A program made the translations under genes and the position numbers. Below are positions 1 through 12,845 of a stretch of 64,000 bases of DNA, one piece after another. How positions within the stretch are numbered: position 1 is the first letter of the stretch; every line of letters begins with the position of its first letter. Location: assembly GCA_951406725.2 (NCBI GenBank), contig OX597832.1, forward strand, positions 44,392,001-44,456,000, read 5' to 3'. The DNA comes from Octopus vulgaris (Eukaryota). The notes below the pieces were generated by a model. It saw nothing but the letters and a program-made list of their open reading frames with translations, was not told the DNA's origin and ran no database searches.

Positions 1-1790
1 GTGTAGGTGTGCGCGTGTGCATGCATGCATGTGCGTATGTATGTGTGTGTGTGTGTGCATGTGTGTAAGTATATATGTATGTGCGTATATGTGTGTGTAT
101 GTGCGTACATGTGTGTGTATGTATGCATGTGTGTGTATGTAGGTGTGTAGGCGTGTGTGTATAGGTGTATGTATGTATGTATGTATGGGTGTGTCCGTGT
201 ATGTGTGTGTATGCATGTGTGTGTATGTAGGTGTGTAGTCGTGTGTGTATAGGTGTATGTATGTATGTATGTATGGGTGTGTCCGTGTATGTTTGTGTGT
301 GTATGCATGTGTATGTAGGTGTGTGTGTACGTATGTAATATATGTATGTATGCGTGTGTGTGCGTGTGTGTGCGTGTGTATGCGTGTGTGTGTGTATGTA
401 GGTGCGTATGTATGTGTGTGGGAGTGTAGGTTTGTGTGTGCGTGTATGTGTGCGTGTGCGTGTATATGTTGGTGTGTGTGTATGTGAGTGTGAGTGTATT
501 GGTGTGTGTCATGCATGTATTTGCGCGTGCAGGCGAGTGTGTGTGTAAGTATGTGTGTGTGTATGTATGTGTGAGTGTGTATGTGTGTATGTCTGTGTGT
601 ATGTATGTGCGTATAGGAGTATGTAAGTATGTGTGTATGTATGTGTATGGGTGTATATATGTATGTATGTGTGTGTGTGCATGTGTGTAAGTATATGTGT
701 GTGTGCGTATGTATGTGTATGTGTATTTGTGTGTGTTTATGTATGTGTGTATGTATGTGTGTAGGCGTGTGTGTATAGGTGTATGTATGTATGGGTGTGT
801 GTCTGTGTGTGTGTGTAGGTATGTGTGTATGTATGAGTGAAGGTATGGCTGTGTAGGTGTGTGTATGTATGAATGTAAGTGTGTGTGTGGACAAGTGTAA
901 TGTATGTATGTAGGTGTGTGTGTGTGTGTATGTGTGCGTGTGTGTGTATATGTGTGTGTGTGTGTATGCGTGTGAGTGTATGGGTGTATGTCTGTGTGTG
1001 TGTATGTCTTAAGTATGTATGTGTGTGTATGTATGTATGTGTGTGTGCGTGCGGGTATGTGTGTGTGTATGTGTGTGTGTATGTGTGTGTGTGAGTATGT
1101 GTGCGTGTATGTATGTGGGTAGGGATGCATGCGTGTGTGTGGGTATGTATGTATACATACGCACGCACACACATGAAGCACGCCCACACACACGAAGCAC
1201 GCTCACACACACAACACACAAACAATACAACGCAAGCCCATGGGGCCGACCAACTCCCAGTATGCGCCAGGGCGCGCGGACCCCGGACAACCCACTCCAC
1301 GGGAACCAAAGATCCATCAACCAAAACCAGAAAGCAGAAAGGAGGGGGGGGCTGCCTGGATGCAAATAGGTGTATGTGTGTGTGCATTCGTGTAATGGTG
1401 TGCATGTGTAGGTATGTATGTATGTATGTGTGTGTGCATATGTGTATGTGTGCACGTGTGTGTGTGTATGTAAGTATAGGTGTGTGAAGTATGTATGTGC
1501 GATGTGTGTGTGTGTGTGTGTATGTATGTGCGATTGTATGTGTGTATGTATGTATGTATGTCTGTGTGTGTGTGTGTGTGTAAGTGTGTATGTGTGTGTG
1601 TATGTATGTATGTGTGTATGTATGTGCATGTTGGTTTGTATGTTAGTGTGTGTATGTATGTCTATAAGTATGTGTGATTAAATGTGTGAATGTATGTACG
1701 TAGATGTGTATATGTATGTGTGTGTGTGTGTGTGAACAGGCGTGTGGGAGGTAGATAGGTGTCTGTGTGTGTGGGAGTGTTTATCCGGAA
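1..1790. repeat. Degenerate (GT)n/(GTAT)n microsatellite tract with an internal non-repeat island (~1150-1365)
   Basis: Read directly; explains all Val/Cys/Met/Tyr and His/Thr ORFs in this region. Confidence 0.95.
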
Positions 1791-2100
1791 CTAGAAAAGA
1801 AAAGTGGAGGGGGCTGTGTTAAGTCCGTGTGGGGTAGTGGTTTGTAGGGTGAAGATGTAGCGTTGCTCCAAGTGGAGCCTAGAAAGTGGACGACCATTGT
1901 GGGGAGCGAGACCAAACACTGAGATGTCATCTAGGGAATGGCTGGCTGAGCGGAAGTGGCGTGCGACGGGAGAAAAAGAGTGTAGGCGAACGTCCCTCAA
2001 ATGTTCTGTGAATCGGTCGGACAACTGGCGTCCCATCTGTCCTACATACAGCATCCCGCATAGGTTGCATTTAATACAGTATATGAGGACAACAACTGAA
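1791..2100 (-). mobile_element. Penelope-like element, GIY-YIG endonuclease C-terminal fragment
   Basis: Translation IYCIKCNLCGMLYVGQ..RQLSDRFTEH..PVARHF..EQRYIFTLQT..PHGLN matches the Penelope GIY-YIG motif pattern. Confidence 0.85.
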
Positions 2101-2236
2101 TCTTAGTCAGTCAGTTGATGGGCTCCACTATCTCAAATGTTCTTAAAATTTAAATCCACATCTTTGTCTATGTATCTGCCTTCTCTATAATGTTGCCACT
2201 TGATATGAAAATTATAGTATTAATGGAAAACCTCTA

Positions 2237-2329
2237 TAATTGGCTGATGAGTGCTCAGCATTTTAAAACTGTTGTAATACTTACAACATTTAATAAAATG
2301 ATGTAGTACGAAACGATCGTACCAAATTA
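2237..2329 (+). ncRNA. Type I hammerhead ribozyme (Penelope-type)
   Basis: ttgg-CTGATGA (2244-2250)-gtgct...agtac-GAAA (2310-2313)-cgatc-GTA-ccaa; stems I and II pair; palindromic acgatcgt forms stem III. Confidence 0.75.
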
Positions 2330-2812
2330 CCGGAGTCATTCTTGTTGCTTATTTTGATTATATATATATATGTATGTATGTATGTATGTATATATATCTA
2401 AATTTAGATTCAGTAGAGTATATAATACCACTTGCTAAAATCACACAAGCTAATGTAGTGAATATTTTAGAAATGGGTGTTAAAATATTATTTTCAACTG
2501 AAGATCCCAGAGTATGTTGGTCATACAGAGGGTTGAAATCAATAGGTATTCAAATACACATTACTTACTGATGTATTCAAGGCAAAGGTAAACCTATTTC
2601 TCATATGTTCATTGCATTACTCGTGTGTATCTTTATTGTGAGTTTATGGTGGTTTATGAGCCTTGGTTCTGATTTTAGCAAGTAGTATTATATACCCTAC
2701 TGAGTCCAAATTTAGCTAATATTGTGCCTGCAACGGTGTGAACTTGCTGGCCACCTTGTTGTTACCTTATTAATATCATTAATAACGGTAATAATATATC
2801 TTTATTTAAATC

Positions 2813-2847
<35 letters not shown>

Positions 2848-2854
2848 ACATATA

Positions 2855-3005
2855 TATATGACAGGCTTCTTTCAGTTTCCATCTACCAATTCCACTCACA
2901 AGGCTTTGGTCTGCCTAAGGCTATAGTAGAAGACACTTACCGAAGGTGCCACACAACGGGACTGAACCTGGAACCATGTAGCTGGGAAGCAAGCTTCTTA
3001 CCACA
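2855..3005 (-). mobile_element. tRNA-derived SINE family 1, partial and diverged
   Basis: Matches the 5' part of the full copies (e.g. 4088-4533). Confidence 0.75.
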
Positions 3006-3074
3006 TGTGTGTATATATATATATATATCTGCATATATATATATATACGCACACACATATTTATATATATATAC

Positions 3075-3109
<35 letters not shown>

Positions 3110-3387
3110 GAAAATAGTAAAGAGTGAAAAAACTACAGAAGGCTTAAATGTTAAAAAATATATATATTTGCGTCAATATGTCTGAAGAATATTAGATAAT
3201 AAAAAAAAAATTTTTTTCTCTTATAATGACATAATTTAAAAGAAAGACCGGTTTCGTGTGTAGCTTTTCAAATTTCTTGCGACGTTATGCTTATGTTGAA
3301 TAGAGTTATCGTTATGTTTATGTTCAGGAGAGTTCTAAGTAAGGGGAGGTAGTGAGTGATTTCTTCTGGTGTAAGGGAGATAATCGC

Positions 3388-3600
3388 TTAAAAATTTTTT
3401 CGTGTCCCTTGGTGTGAATTTCTCTGTATCAGTATGTTCGGATGGTTGAGTCTGGGCTTGTACTTTTCAATGAAGAATGTTTCCTTGTTTAGTCTAATTT
3501 GTGTTGATGATCCGAAAGCACATTGGTAAAATGGAAAGATTAAAAATTGTGGTAGTAGTTGCTTTGCGCATTTCTCAATGCACATTGAGAAATGCGCAAA
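3388..3600 (-). mobile_element. Penelope-like ORF C-terminal remnant with an inverted junction
   Basis: RLNKETFFIEKYKPRLN terminus; perfect palindrome tttgcgcatttctcaatg-ca-cattgagaaatgcgcaaa at ~3563-3600. Confidence 0.6.
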
Positions 3601-4087
3601 GCTATATCAAACTCCATTCTTCACCAAGTGCCACATATTAGAGGAGGCTCTTAGTAATAACAGTGTAGCACAAAACGGCGGTGCATCAGCATGGCTGAAG
3701 CTCTGAGCTGAATCTATAGAAAAAAAAAATATATATATATATACACACATACATACATACATATATACATATGCATATATATATATAAATATATGTGTGT
3801 GTATGTATATATACACACACACACATACACTTACATATATATAATATATGTGTGAGTGTTTAAACGATGAAGCAAATATATATTGTTTTACATTCTTTCT
3901 TCCCAGTAGGTGGTAGATTGTTGGTTTGTTGGAGGATTTATTCTTCTTTTAACAGCTTGTTATTTAATTGTGACATAATTTATTTTATATTAGTATATGT
4001 ATCACAAACAGGTGCACATGGAGGCATATTCAGTGATATATCACAATTGCAGCCATAAAAACGGAGTCATTAATCCGACAGCTGTTA

Positions 4088-4311
4088 TACTCTTACTCTT
4101 TTACTCTTTTACTTGTTTCAGTCATTTGACTGCGGCCATGCTGGAGCACCGCCTTTTAGTCGAGCAAATCGACCCCGGGACTTATTCTTTTTGTAAGCCC
4201 AGTACTTATTCTATCGGTCTCTTTTGCCGAATTGCTAAGTGACAGGGACGTAAACACACCAGCATCGGTTGTCAAGCAATGCTAGGGGGACAAACACAGA
4301 CACACAAACAT

Positions 4312-4368
<57 letters not shown>

Positions 4369-4533
4369 TACGACGGGCTTCTGTCAGTTTCCGTCTACCA
4401 AATCCACTCACAAGGCTTTGGTCGGCCCGAGGCTATAGTAGAAGACACTTGCCCAAGGTGCCACGCAGTGGGACTGAACCCGGAACCATGTGGCTGGTAA
4501 GCAAGCTACTTACCACACAGCCACTCCTGCGCC
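4088..4533 (-). mobile_element. tRNA-derived SINE family 1, full length
   Basis: Head ggcgcaggagtggctgtgtgg...ggttcagtccc (A/B-box like), internal (TA)n, (GAGTAAAA)n tail; more than 10 copies in the window. Confidence 0.9.
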
Positions 4534-4880
4534 TATGTTTCTTTATTCTTAAGAAGTATTAATTTGTGTCAAGGGAATCAGATTCATTGACCAGTTTTAA
4601 ATTCTGTATTATGTTAAATAACAATGGACCCCTAGGAAATGGCTGGCACCTTGTCTTGTCCACTGTAAACAAATGACATTCCAAGGTATTCTAGAGTCAT
4701 AGATTTTACAAGTAACTCGATCCCTTAAGATTAATCTTTCTCGGTAATAAATTTGAAGGTTGTGCATTAGTAAAGTATTGAACTCAAAACCTATCTCTTT
4801 GAATGAGATATTTTGTTTGAATCCAATTTGGCTGTCAAAAACCTGCTTAGAAATGAACAGATTCAGGAAACATTAAAGAT

Positions 4881-5279
4881 ACTCTTTTACTCTTTTACTT
4901 GTTTCAGTCATTTGACTGTGGCCGTGCTGGAGCACCACCTTTAGTCGAGCAAATCGACCCCAGGACTTATTCTTTGTAAGCCCAGTACTTATTCTATCGG
5001 TCTCTTTTGCCGAACCACTAAGTTACGGGGACGTAAACACACCAGCATCGGTTGTCAAGCGATGTTGGGGAGACAAACACAGACACACAAACACACACAC
5101 ACACATATATATAGATATATACGATGGGCTTCTTTCAGTTTCCGTTTACCAAATCCACTCACAAGGCTTTGGTCGGCCCGAGGCTATAGTAGAAGACACT
5201 TGCCCAAGGTGCCACATAGTGGGACTGAACCCTGAACCATGTGGTCGGTAAGCAAGCTATGTACCACACAGCCACTCCT
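4881..5279 (-). mobile_element. SINE family 1
   Basis: Near-identical to 4088-4533. Confidence 0.9.
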
Positions 5280-5389
5280 TGAATTTTAATTTAGGAAGTG
5301 AATCTCATTCAAATTACCCCAGGCCATCATAAAGAAACGAAGTATATATACCGAACAATGGTGTTCCAGATAAACTAATATCTATCTGG

Positions 5390-5945
5390 AAGGCAGCGGG
5401 CTGGCAGAAACGTTAGCACACCAGGCGAAATGCTTTGCAGTCTTTTGTCAGCCACTACGTTTTGAGTTCAAATTCTGCCGAGGTCGACTTTGCCTTTCAT
5501 CCTTTCGGGTTCGATTAAATAAGTACCAGTTACGCACTGGGGTCGATATAATCGAATTAATCCATTTGTCTGTCTTTGTTTGTCCTCTCTGTGTTTAGTC
5601 CCTTGTGGGAAGTAAAGAAACAAGTATTTCAAATCCCGCCAAGGTCGACTTTGCCTTTTATCTTTTCGGGGTCGATAAATTAAGTACCAGTTACGCACTG
5701 GGGTCAATGTAATTGACTTAATCCCTTTGTCTGTCCTTGTTTGTCCCCTCTGTGTTTAGTCCCTTGTGGGTAGTAAAGAAATAGGTATTTCAAATTCTGC
5801 CAAGGTTGACTTTGCCTTTCATCCTTTCGGGGTGGATAAATTAAGTACCAGTTACGCACTTGGGTCAATGTAATTGATTTAATGCCTTTGTCTGTCCTTG
5901 TTTGTCCCCACTATGTTTAGCCCCTTCTGGGCAATAAAGAAATAA
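5390..5945 (+). mobile_element. SINE family 2 (Nin-domain-like) with a triplicated 3' module
   Basis: ctggcagaaacgttagc head; three copies of gcctttcatcctttcggggtcgataaattaagtacc. Confidence 0.8.
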
Positions 5946-6765
5946 GATAGACTACATCTGAAAGAAATGAATAAGATTGTCACATCTTAAATGCCTTTGA
6001 CTTGTAATTAAGTGTGAAAAGGACAAAGTCACATGATTTCAGATCCACCAATGAAAATCTTTTATTTATCAGTTGATGCCATGAACCATATGATAATGGT
6101 CCTACATGTAAAAGATTTTCTTTGAGACATATTTTCTGCTAGTAATACACCTGATAATCTGCTGTAATCTGGAGAGAATAGCACAAGCAAGATGCAGCAA
6201 ATAAAGACTTACTAAATAATTTAATCTAAATGTGTGTCCTGGAGCAAAACTTGCTAAATGCATCCTAAGATCACATATTTTTTGCGTTTGTTTCATGGGG
6301 ATTCAATTTTAACCCTTTAGTGTTCAGATTATTCTCTCAAATGTGATGTTTATCTATTTATATTGTTTTGAATTAATCATGTATTATCTTGTAGTTTAGA
6401 GATTGCAGTGATGTGGTTTTTTGAGTTTTAGAATGACATGGTAGGGCTGAGGTAAGAGGCAAGCTCTGGTCAGTTTCTATATAAAACAGGTTAAATATTC
6501 TGGCCGGATATGGCGGGTTTGAATGCTAAAGGGTTAAGTCAATCACCGTCACTAATTGACATTCGTATGTTACCCGGATTCTCCGAGTAAATAATCATTT
6601 AGTTAGCAGACACTGGAGCACAACGCAGTCCTTCACTCATTGGGTCCTTTTCAATCCATCCAACCTATGTGAGCAAGGACACTGTCCGCTTTCCAGACAT
6701 TTGTACATTACTGCATACGCACTTTTGACAAGTTGTGGTGCACCTGAGCACTGTATACAATAATT

Positions 6766-6767
<2 letters not shown>

Positions 6768-6838
<71 letters not shown>
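6768..6838. repeat. (ATT)n microsatellite
   Basis: Read directly. Confidence 0.95.
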
Positions 6839-6977
6839 CTGAAGATGTGAAAATGTTCTCCATTCCTAAAATTTTAAGTAACGTGGAATTCAGTCAAACT
6901 ATAACTGAATATATTGGCTGATACTTCCTTGTTTGTCAAATCCATCCAACCTATGTAAGCAAGGAACATAGACATTA

Positions 6978-7012
<35 letters not shown>

Positions 7013-7165
7013 CCTCCTTTTATTGGTTAAAATGGCAAGTACCTGAACAGGTGTTGTAATTATGACTATTTAAGCTGTCATTTTATTGTCAATTTTAATG
7101 AAAACACCAGACGCAGTCAATTGAAACAAATAAAATAAAGAAATAAATAAGTAAATAAATAGATA

Positions 7166-7327
7166 GGCGCAGGAGTGGCTGTGTGGTAAGTAGCTTGCTA
7201 ACCAACCACATGGTTCCGGGTTCAGTCCCACTGCGTGGCATCTTGGGCAAGTGTCTTCTGCTATAGCCCCGGGCCGACCAATGCCTTGTGAGTGGATTTG
7301 GTAGACAGAAACTGAAAGAAGCCTGTC

Positions 7328-7359
<32 letters not shown>

Positions 7360-8007
7360 TAGCAGTATCGCCCGGCGTTGCTCGGGTTTGTAAGGGAAAT
7401 AACTATAAAGGATTTTTTAGAGAGTTATAGCCAAAAAATAGCAAAAAAATGGGAACAAAAAGATGGTAAATTTTTTTTTTGATAGTTAAAAAGGTCGAGT
7501 TGCGTCCCCATGACCATCTGTGGTTTGTATTTCTGATTGTCGACCCCATGTTGAATTTATCGATCTTTTTCAGAACTGGGGGAACTTTTCAAAATTTTCG
7601 CTGCGTTAGTTTTGAATTATGACATTGGGCTATGTGTGTGTCAAGTTTCATCAGAATCGGTTGAAAGCCGTGGTCAGGGTGAGGGTACAAGCAAACAGAC
7701 ACACAGAAACACACACAGACAAACTGCCGTTTATATATAGAGATATATATATATATATATATGTGTGTGTGTATATGTTTGTGTGTTTGTGTTTGTCCCC
7801 CTAGCATTGCTTGACAACCGATGCTGGTGTGTTTACGTCTCCGTCACTTAGTGGTTCAGCAAAAGAGACCGATAGAATAAGTACTGGGCTTACAAAAAAG
7901 AATAAGTCCCGGGGGTCGATTTGCTCGACTAAAGGCGGTGCTCCAGCATGGCCGCAGTCAAATGACTGAAACAAGTAAAAGAGTAAAAGAGTAGAAAAGA
8001 GTAAAGA
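7166..8007 (+). mobile_element. SINE family 1 interrupted by a nested Helitron
   Basis: Head at 7166, tail at ~7975-8007, foreign insert in the (TA)n tract. Confidence 0.85.
7359..7743 (-). mobile_element. Non-autonomous Helitron
   Basis: On -: 5' TC, 3' hairpin cccgagcaacgccggg then CTAG followed by T; same end at 49423. Confidence 0.75.
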
Positions 8008-8544
8008 GATATATAAAAACACAGACTTCTTATGTTTCCTTTCAACTAAAATACTTTAGTTCGTTAAGACTATAAATAAATTATTACAACGAAATGTTTC
8101 TTGCCATAAATTAGTCTTGGTACTTCATTTCTTTTTGTCAGCATTGTTGTCATAATGTCTGTTTATCATTTTCATCATCATCGTTGTCATCGTCATCATC
8201 ACCAACAGTATCACCAGCAGCAGCAGCAGCAGCAGAAGCAGCAGTAACAGCCACTGCCTCTCCTATTTTTATGTAGAAACAGTTTGTCCATTCGGTCATT
8301 TTGTATTTTTTCACATTGGCTTTAAAAGTAGCTCTTAGTCAAGTTCTAAAAGGTTGTTTTTTTCTTCCAGAAATAGATAGCAGCAACAAACAGCTGTTTT
8401 CGTATATAATTTTGATTGCTGCTTTCTGGTTTTAATTAAAAGAAGATCATATTTAGTTTTATTTCATATAATTAGCAATACCAAGACTAAATTATCTTCC
8501 ATTTACATGGTTATCATTCTAACAGTTTTAACAGCGATCCAGAC

Positions 8545-8614
8545 ATGGCAGAAGTAATCAGTTGTCTTATTTTCTTGATTGCCTTATCTTGTGTCTCACA
8601 ACAAACAGCCTCAG
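8545..8614 (+). CDS. Signal-peptide leader exon of the serpin gene (MAEVISCLIFLIALSCVSQQTAS + 1 nt)
   Basis: ATG at 8545, hydrophobic core, donor CAG|gtatat at 8614/8615; phase 1 joins the acceptor at 10724 in frame (G+AT ACG ACT ATG = DTTM). Confidence 0.8.
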
Positions 8615-8977
8615 GTATATACACTTCCGTCTTTTTATATTTCTTTCTCTCTTACAACGGATAACAAAAACACAATTTGATATTTAAATTTCCTACTGCA
8701 ATTTCTTTTACTCCGCATCATTCAACTCCTACCTTCATCTGCTCTCTCTTTCTTTTATCTCAAGGTGTGTCAGTTGGGGCTATCAGATTTCTCACCTGAA
8801 TGCCAAAAAATTCAATGTCTCGCAAGAAAGAGTATATTGCCTTTATATTTCTTGTGAAATGCTGCTTCCTGTAATTTTCAGGTGTCGCATTAAATATAAA
8901 GACACACTTGAAAATGTACACATATGGCATTGTGTGTATATATGTATCTACGTGTGTGTGTGTGTGTGTGTGTGTGT

Positions 8978-9400
8978 ATTGGGTCATCCCATAAATAATG
9001 CATTTTTTTAATACTTCTTTTATTTTTCAAAATTAAGATAAACAAAGTCCTTTTTTTAATTCAAAATATACTTTCCTTCATTTTCTACAATGCTCTTCCA
9101 TCTATCTGGTAGACTTGCAAGGCCCCGCTTCCAAAATTCACTTTGTCCATGATGAAAAATACGCCTCCATTACTGTTCTGGCCCCATCTACAGAATTCAT
9201 ACTTTCTCAATTCAAAGGACTTTGAAGACTGTGGAATAAATGATAATCAGATGGAGCAATGCTTGATGAATATGGTAGGTGGGGCATCGTTTCCCATTCA
9301 AACTGCTTCCAGCCTTTGGAATATCATCCTTGCTGTATGTGGCCGAATATTATCCTGATGGAAGAACTCTTTGCCTCTTGAAACCAGAGATGGTCATTCT
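8978..9400 (-). mobile_element. Mariner transposase C-terminal relic with a terminal repeat
   Basis: HQDNIRPH and FWKRGLASLPDRWKSIVENEGKYI motifs on -; TA-flanked end tattgggtcatccc. Confidence 0.75.
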
Positions 9401-9487
9401 CTAATGGCATGCAGGTGTCAACGAATGGTTGAATTACCAAATCCAAGCTTCTCTGCTAGTTCCTCAACAGTTACGATGGGATTTGAC

Positions 9488-9573
9488 GGGTAGTCATGAT
9501 GGGTATACTGGGCTTTGTATATTTTATCCCAGTGTCACTTTGATGGCATGCACTGCTCTCTCACTCAATAATA

Positions 9574-9614
<41 letters not shown>

Positions 9615-10052
9615 CACAGATTTGCTTGTCAGTTGTTTGACCTTAACCAGTTGAGCATGTCCCTTAGTGGCTGACGATACGTGCATCTCTGATCACGAGC
9701 AGAAGTAGTGGGGAGCATCATAGCCATGTGTTGAGAGGGATTCTTTGGAGTTTGAATAATTCACCTCGGGAAACATAGGTGTTTCGTTCAACATCCTAAA
9801 GCAACCCTTATTCAGGGACCTTTTGAGCAGAATGGGCTACTGGACCTGAAGAAAATTCTAACTGGGCCCCACCTGCAAGGTCATGTGCTGTTTATCTTGA
9901 TATGAGATCACCATGTCATGCACATATGGTTGTGATGCATGTGCCTGGTGTACCCTTATCAGACGGGTAGTCATGATGGGTATGCTGGGCTTCGTATATT
10001 TTACCCCAGTGTCACTTTGATGGCATGCACTGCTCTCTCACTCAATAATAAT
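9488..10052 (+). mobile_element. (AAT)n-tailed interspersed repeat with a duplicated 3' end
   Basis: 9613-10050 is highly similar to 43188-43625; 9488-9570 repeats its 3' end. Confidence 0.7.
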
Positions 10053-10168
10053 AAAATTAGTTATATTACTTAATCCTGTCAAATACGCAAATATTTCAAA
10101 AACTGTTTCAAACATACGGAGAGTGTATTGCATGTGAAAGATGTCCATGCAAAAGTTAAATTCACATA

Positions 10169-10583
10169 GGCGCAGGAGTGGCTGTGTGGTAAGTAGCTTG
10201 TTTACCGACCACATGGTTCCGGGTTCCGGGTTCAGTCCCACTGCGTGGCACCTTGGGCAAGTGTCTTCTACTATAGCCTCGGGCCGACCAAAGCCTTGTG
10301 AGTGGATTTGGTAGACGGAAACTGAAAGAAGCCTGTCATATATATATAAATATGTGTGTATGTGTTTGTGTGTCTGTGTTTGTCCCCCTAGCATTGCTTG
10401 ACAACCGATGCTGGTGTGTTTATGTCCCCGTTACTTAGCGGTTCGGCAAAAGAGACCGATAGAATAAGTACTGGGCTTACAAAAGAATAAATCCCGGGAT
10501 CGAGTTGCTCGATTAAAGGCGGTGCTCCAGCATGGCTGCAGTCAAATGACTGAAACAAGTAAAAAGAGTAAAGAGTAAAAGAG
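10169..10583 (+). mobile_element. SINE family 1 in the serpin intron
   Basis: Full head, body and tail. Confidence 0.9.
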
Positions 10584-10724
10584 TTTGAACATAGGAGGTT
10601 TCAGACCTTGCTTTCATTGATGTCTTCTATTCCGTTAATGTCTAATACATTTCGAAATGTTAAACAGAAAATGTATGCAGGAAATTATTTTACACTTTTT
10701 CTCTTCATATTTTATATTCTCCAG

Positions 10725-11887
10725 ATACGACTATGGACTCAGCAAAGAAACAAGCCATCGGTAACCTTGCTGCTTCAATTGATTATTTTACAAACAGTCT
10801 TTATCAAGCTGTGGCTACAAGAATCAATGAAAATGTCTTCATGTCACCATTAAGTGTTGCTACAGTTTTATCAATGGTTTATTTGGGAGCAAGACAAAAC
10901 TCTGCCAAACAGTTTGAAAATGTTTTGAAGATAACATCAAATCCAGATTCTGTAGCTTTAGCTTTTAAAGAATATTTTTCACTTTTGAAAAACTCAGATA
11001 AACTTGTCACATTCAATTCAGTGAATCGTTTGTATGCCAGTGAAATATTCCCTATTTCTGAAGACTACAAGAACAACATGGTAAAATATTTCTTTTCAGA
11101 TATTGAAAATGTAGACTTCATAATAAATGCTGAGAAGACAAGAAGAACTATTAATGATTGGGTTAAGAATAACACAAATAACAAAATTACTGATCTGTTA
11201 CCAAGTGGAAGTTTGACACCTCAATCAATTCTAGTTCTTATTAATGCTGTATACTTTAAAGGAATGTGGGCTAAAAAATTCCCAGAACATGCAACAAAAT
11301 CTAGAAAGTTTTATTTACGTTCTGACAAGACTGTATTTCATGATTTTATGTATAAATCTGAAGATTTTAATACCAAAACAAGCGACAACTATAAAGTCGT
11401 TGAGTTACCTTATATTGGAAAAGCATTTAGTATGTTTGTAATTCTTCCCAATGACATCAATGGTCTTGCTGCTTTAGAGAAGGAGATTAATGCTCAATTT
11501 CTCAAAGATATTATAAACAGAAAAGGATTTGAAATGATGTATCTAGAATTACATATGCCAAAATTTCGTTTAGAGAGTTGTTTTCAGTTGGGTGAAGTTT
11601 TGAAAAAGCTTGGACTCTCTGATATTTTTGATCCTCTAAAAGCTGATTTATCTGGAATGACTGGTGGTGAGAAGAATATTTATGCCAGTGAAATGTTTCA
11701 TAAAGCATTTGTTAATGTTAATGAAGAAGGAACGGAAGCTGCTGCTGCAAGTGGAATGGTCGCGATGGCAATGTCAGTACAAATTGGGATGGAATTTTAT
11801 GTCAATCACCCATTCACATTTTTGATTGTTGATAACCGAACTAAAATGATCCATTTCATTGGTAAAGTAACAAATCCTACAACATAA
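10725..11887 (+). CDS. Serpin copy 1, main exon; RCL SGMVAMAM-SVQ (predicted P1-P1' Met-Ser)
   Basis: NVFMSP, NAVYFKGMW, EEGTEAAAA hinge and NHPF signature; polypyrimidine tract plus AG at 10723-10724; internal ATG at 10733. Confidence 0.97.
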
Positions 11888-12203
11888 GCTAATATTGCCC
11901 TGTCAAAGATTTCCCTCTTATGGAATACTACATTGTATTATGTGGAGAATGTAACTGAACAAATTTATTTAGAATTGTTTTTAGTAAAATGACTGAGGAC
12001 ATTATAATTGTAACTATGTAGAACCAAGGTCATATCTATTCAATGATATATTATAATACCACATTAATCTAAATCAATATTATGAATTTGTACTTGCCAT
12101 ATATTGACAGAAAAATATGACACTTTTTAAAGTGTCTTTTTTTAGCAAGTTTACTATTTTAAGAATATACTTATTGTTGCCTGTAAACATTATTTACTGG
12201 TTA

Positions 12204-12254
12204 AATAAAGAGAAATCAATGCCTGTAAGTTTTGTTTCTGTTTATATTAATAAA
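12204..12254 (+). terminator. Two AATAAA polyadenylation signals of serpin copy 1
   Basis: AATAAA at 12204 and 12249; matching sites in - strand copies (e.g. 19128 and 19163). Confidence 0.6.
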
Positions 12255-12845
12255 GCATCTCAGTAAATACTCCATTTTAATGCATGTGTTAATTGCATCT
12301 GGCTTTTATTAGCTTTGTTTTAAATTTAGATATTTCAATTTTTTGAGCCCCCTTGTTAATCTCTGGTAATATAGTCTTGGATCTTGATTAAAGAATTGAT
12401 TCAATAATCGTGGTCTTACAAAACTTTTGAAAAGTTAACAGCCAGCACATATTCCATACATGTATATCTAAATACATACCATATATGTCTGTGGTTTTGC
12501 TACTATTTGTCTAAGTAATCTTTATATGAAATACAGGATGTGTGTCTATTATGTCGTTATAACTTGAGATCCACCCAACCAATTTTAATGAAATCTTACA
12601 CATGCGTGACATAGGGTCCATGGATTATCGTGGGCCAAAAACATTTTCGACTTCTTGCCTAACATGAACCGAGAGGCAGATAAACCAGATACCTTATAGT
12701 GTGTTTGCTACTTCTTTAGCAAACATTTGGGTGAGATCTTCAGTTGGAATGGTGCCTTTCTCTCTCCTTCCCTCCTATCCGTGTCATGGAAGCCATGTAA
12801 AGGGTCACAGGCATTGCCACCTTTTATAACTGTAAGATAGAAAAT

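Noticed and set aside
245-1681. Long Val/Cys/Tyr and His/Thr ORFs
   Set aside because: Translations of a GT/CA microsatellite
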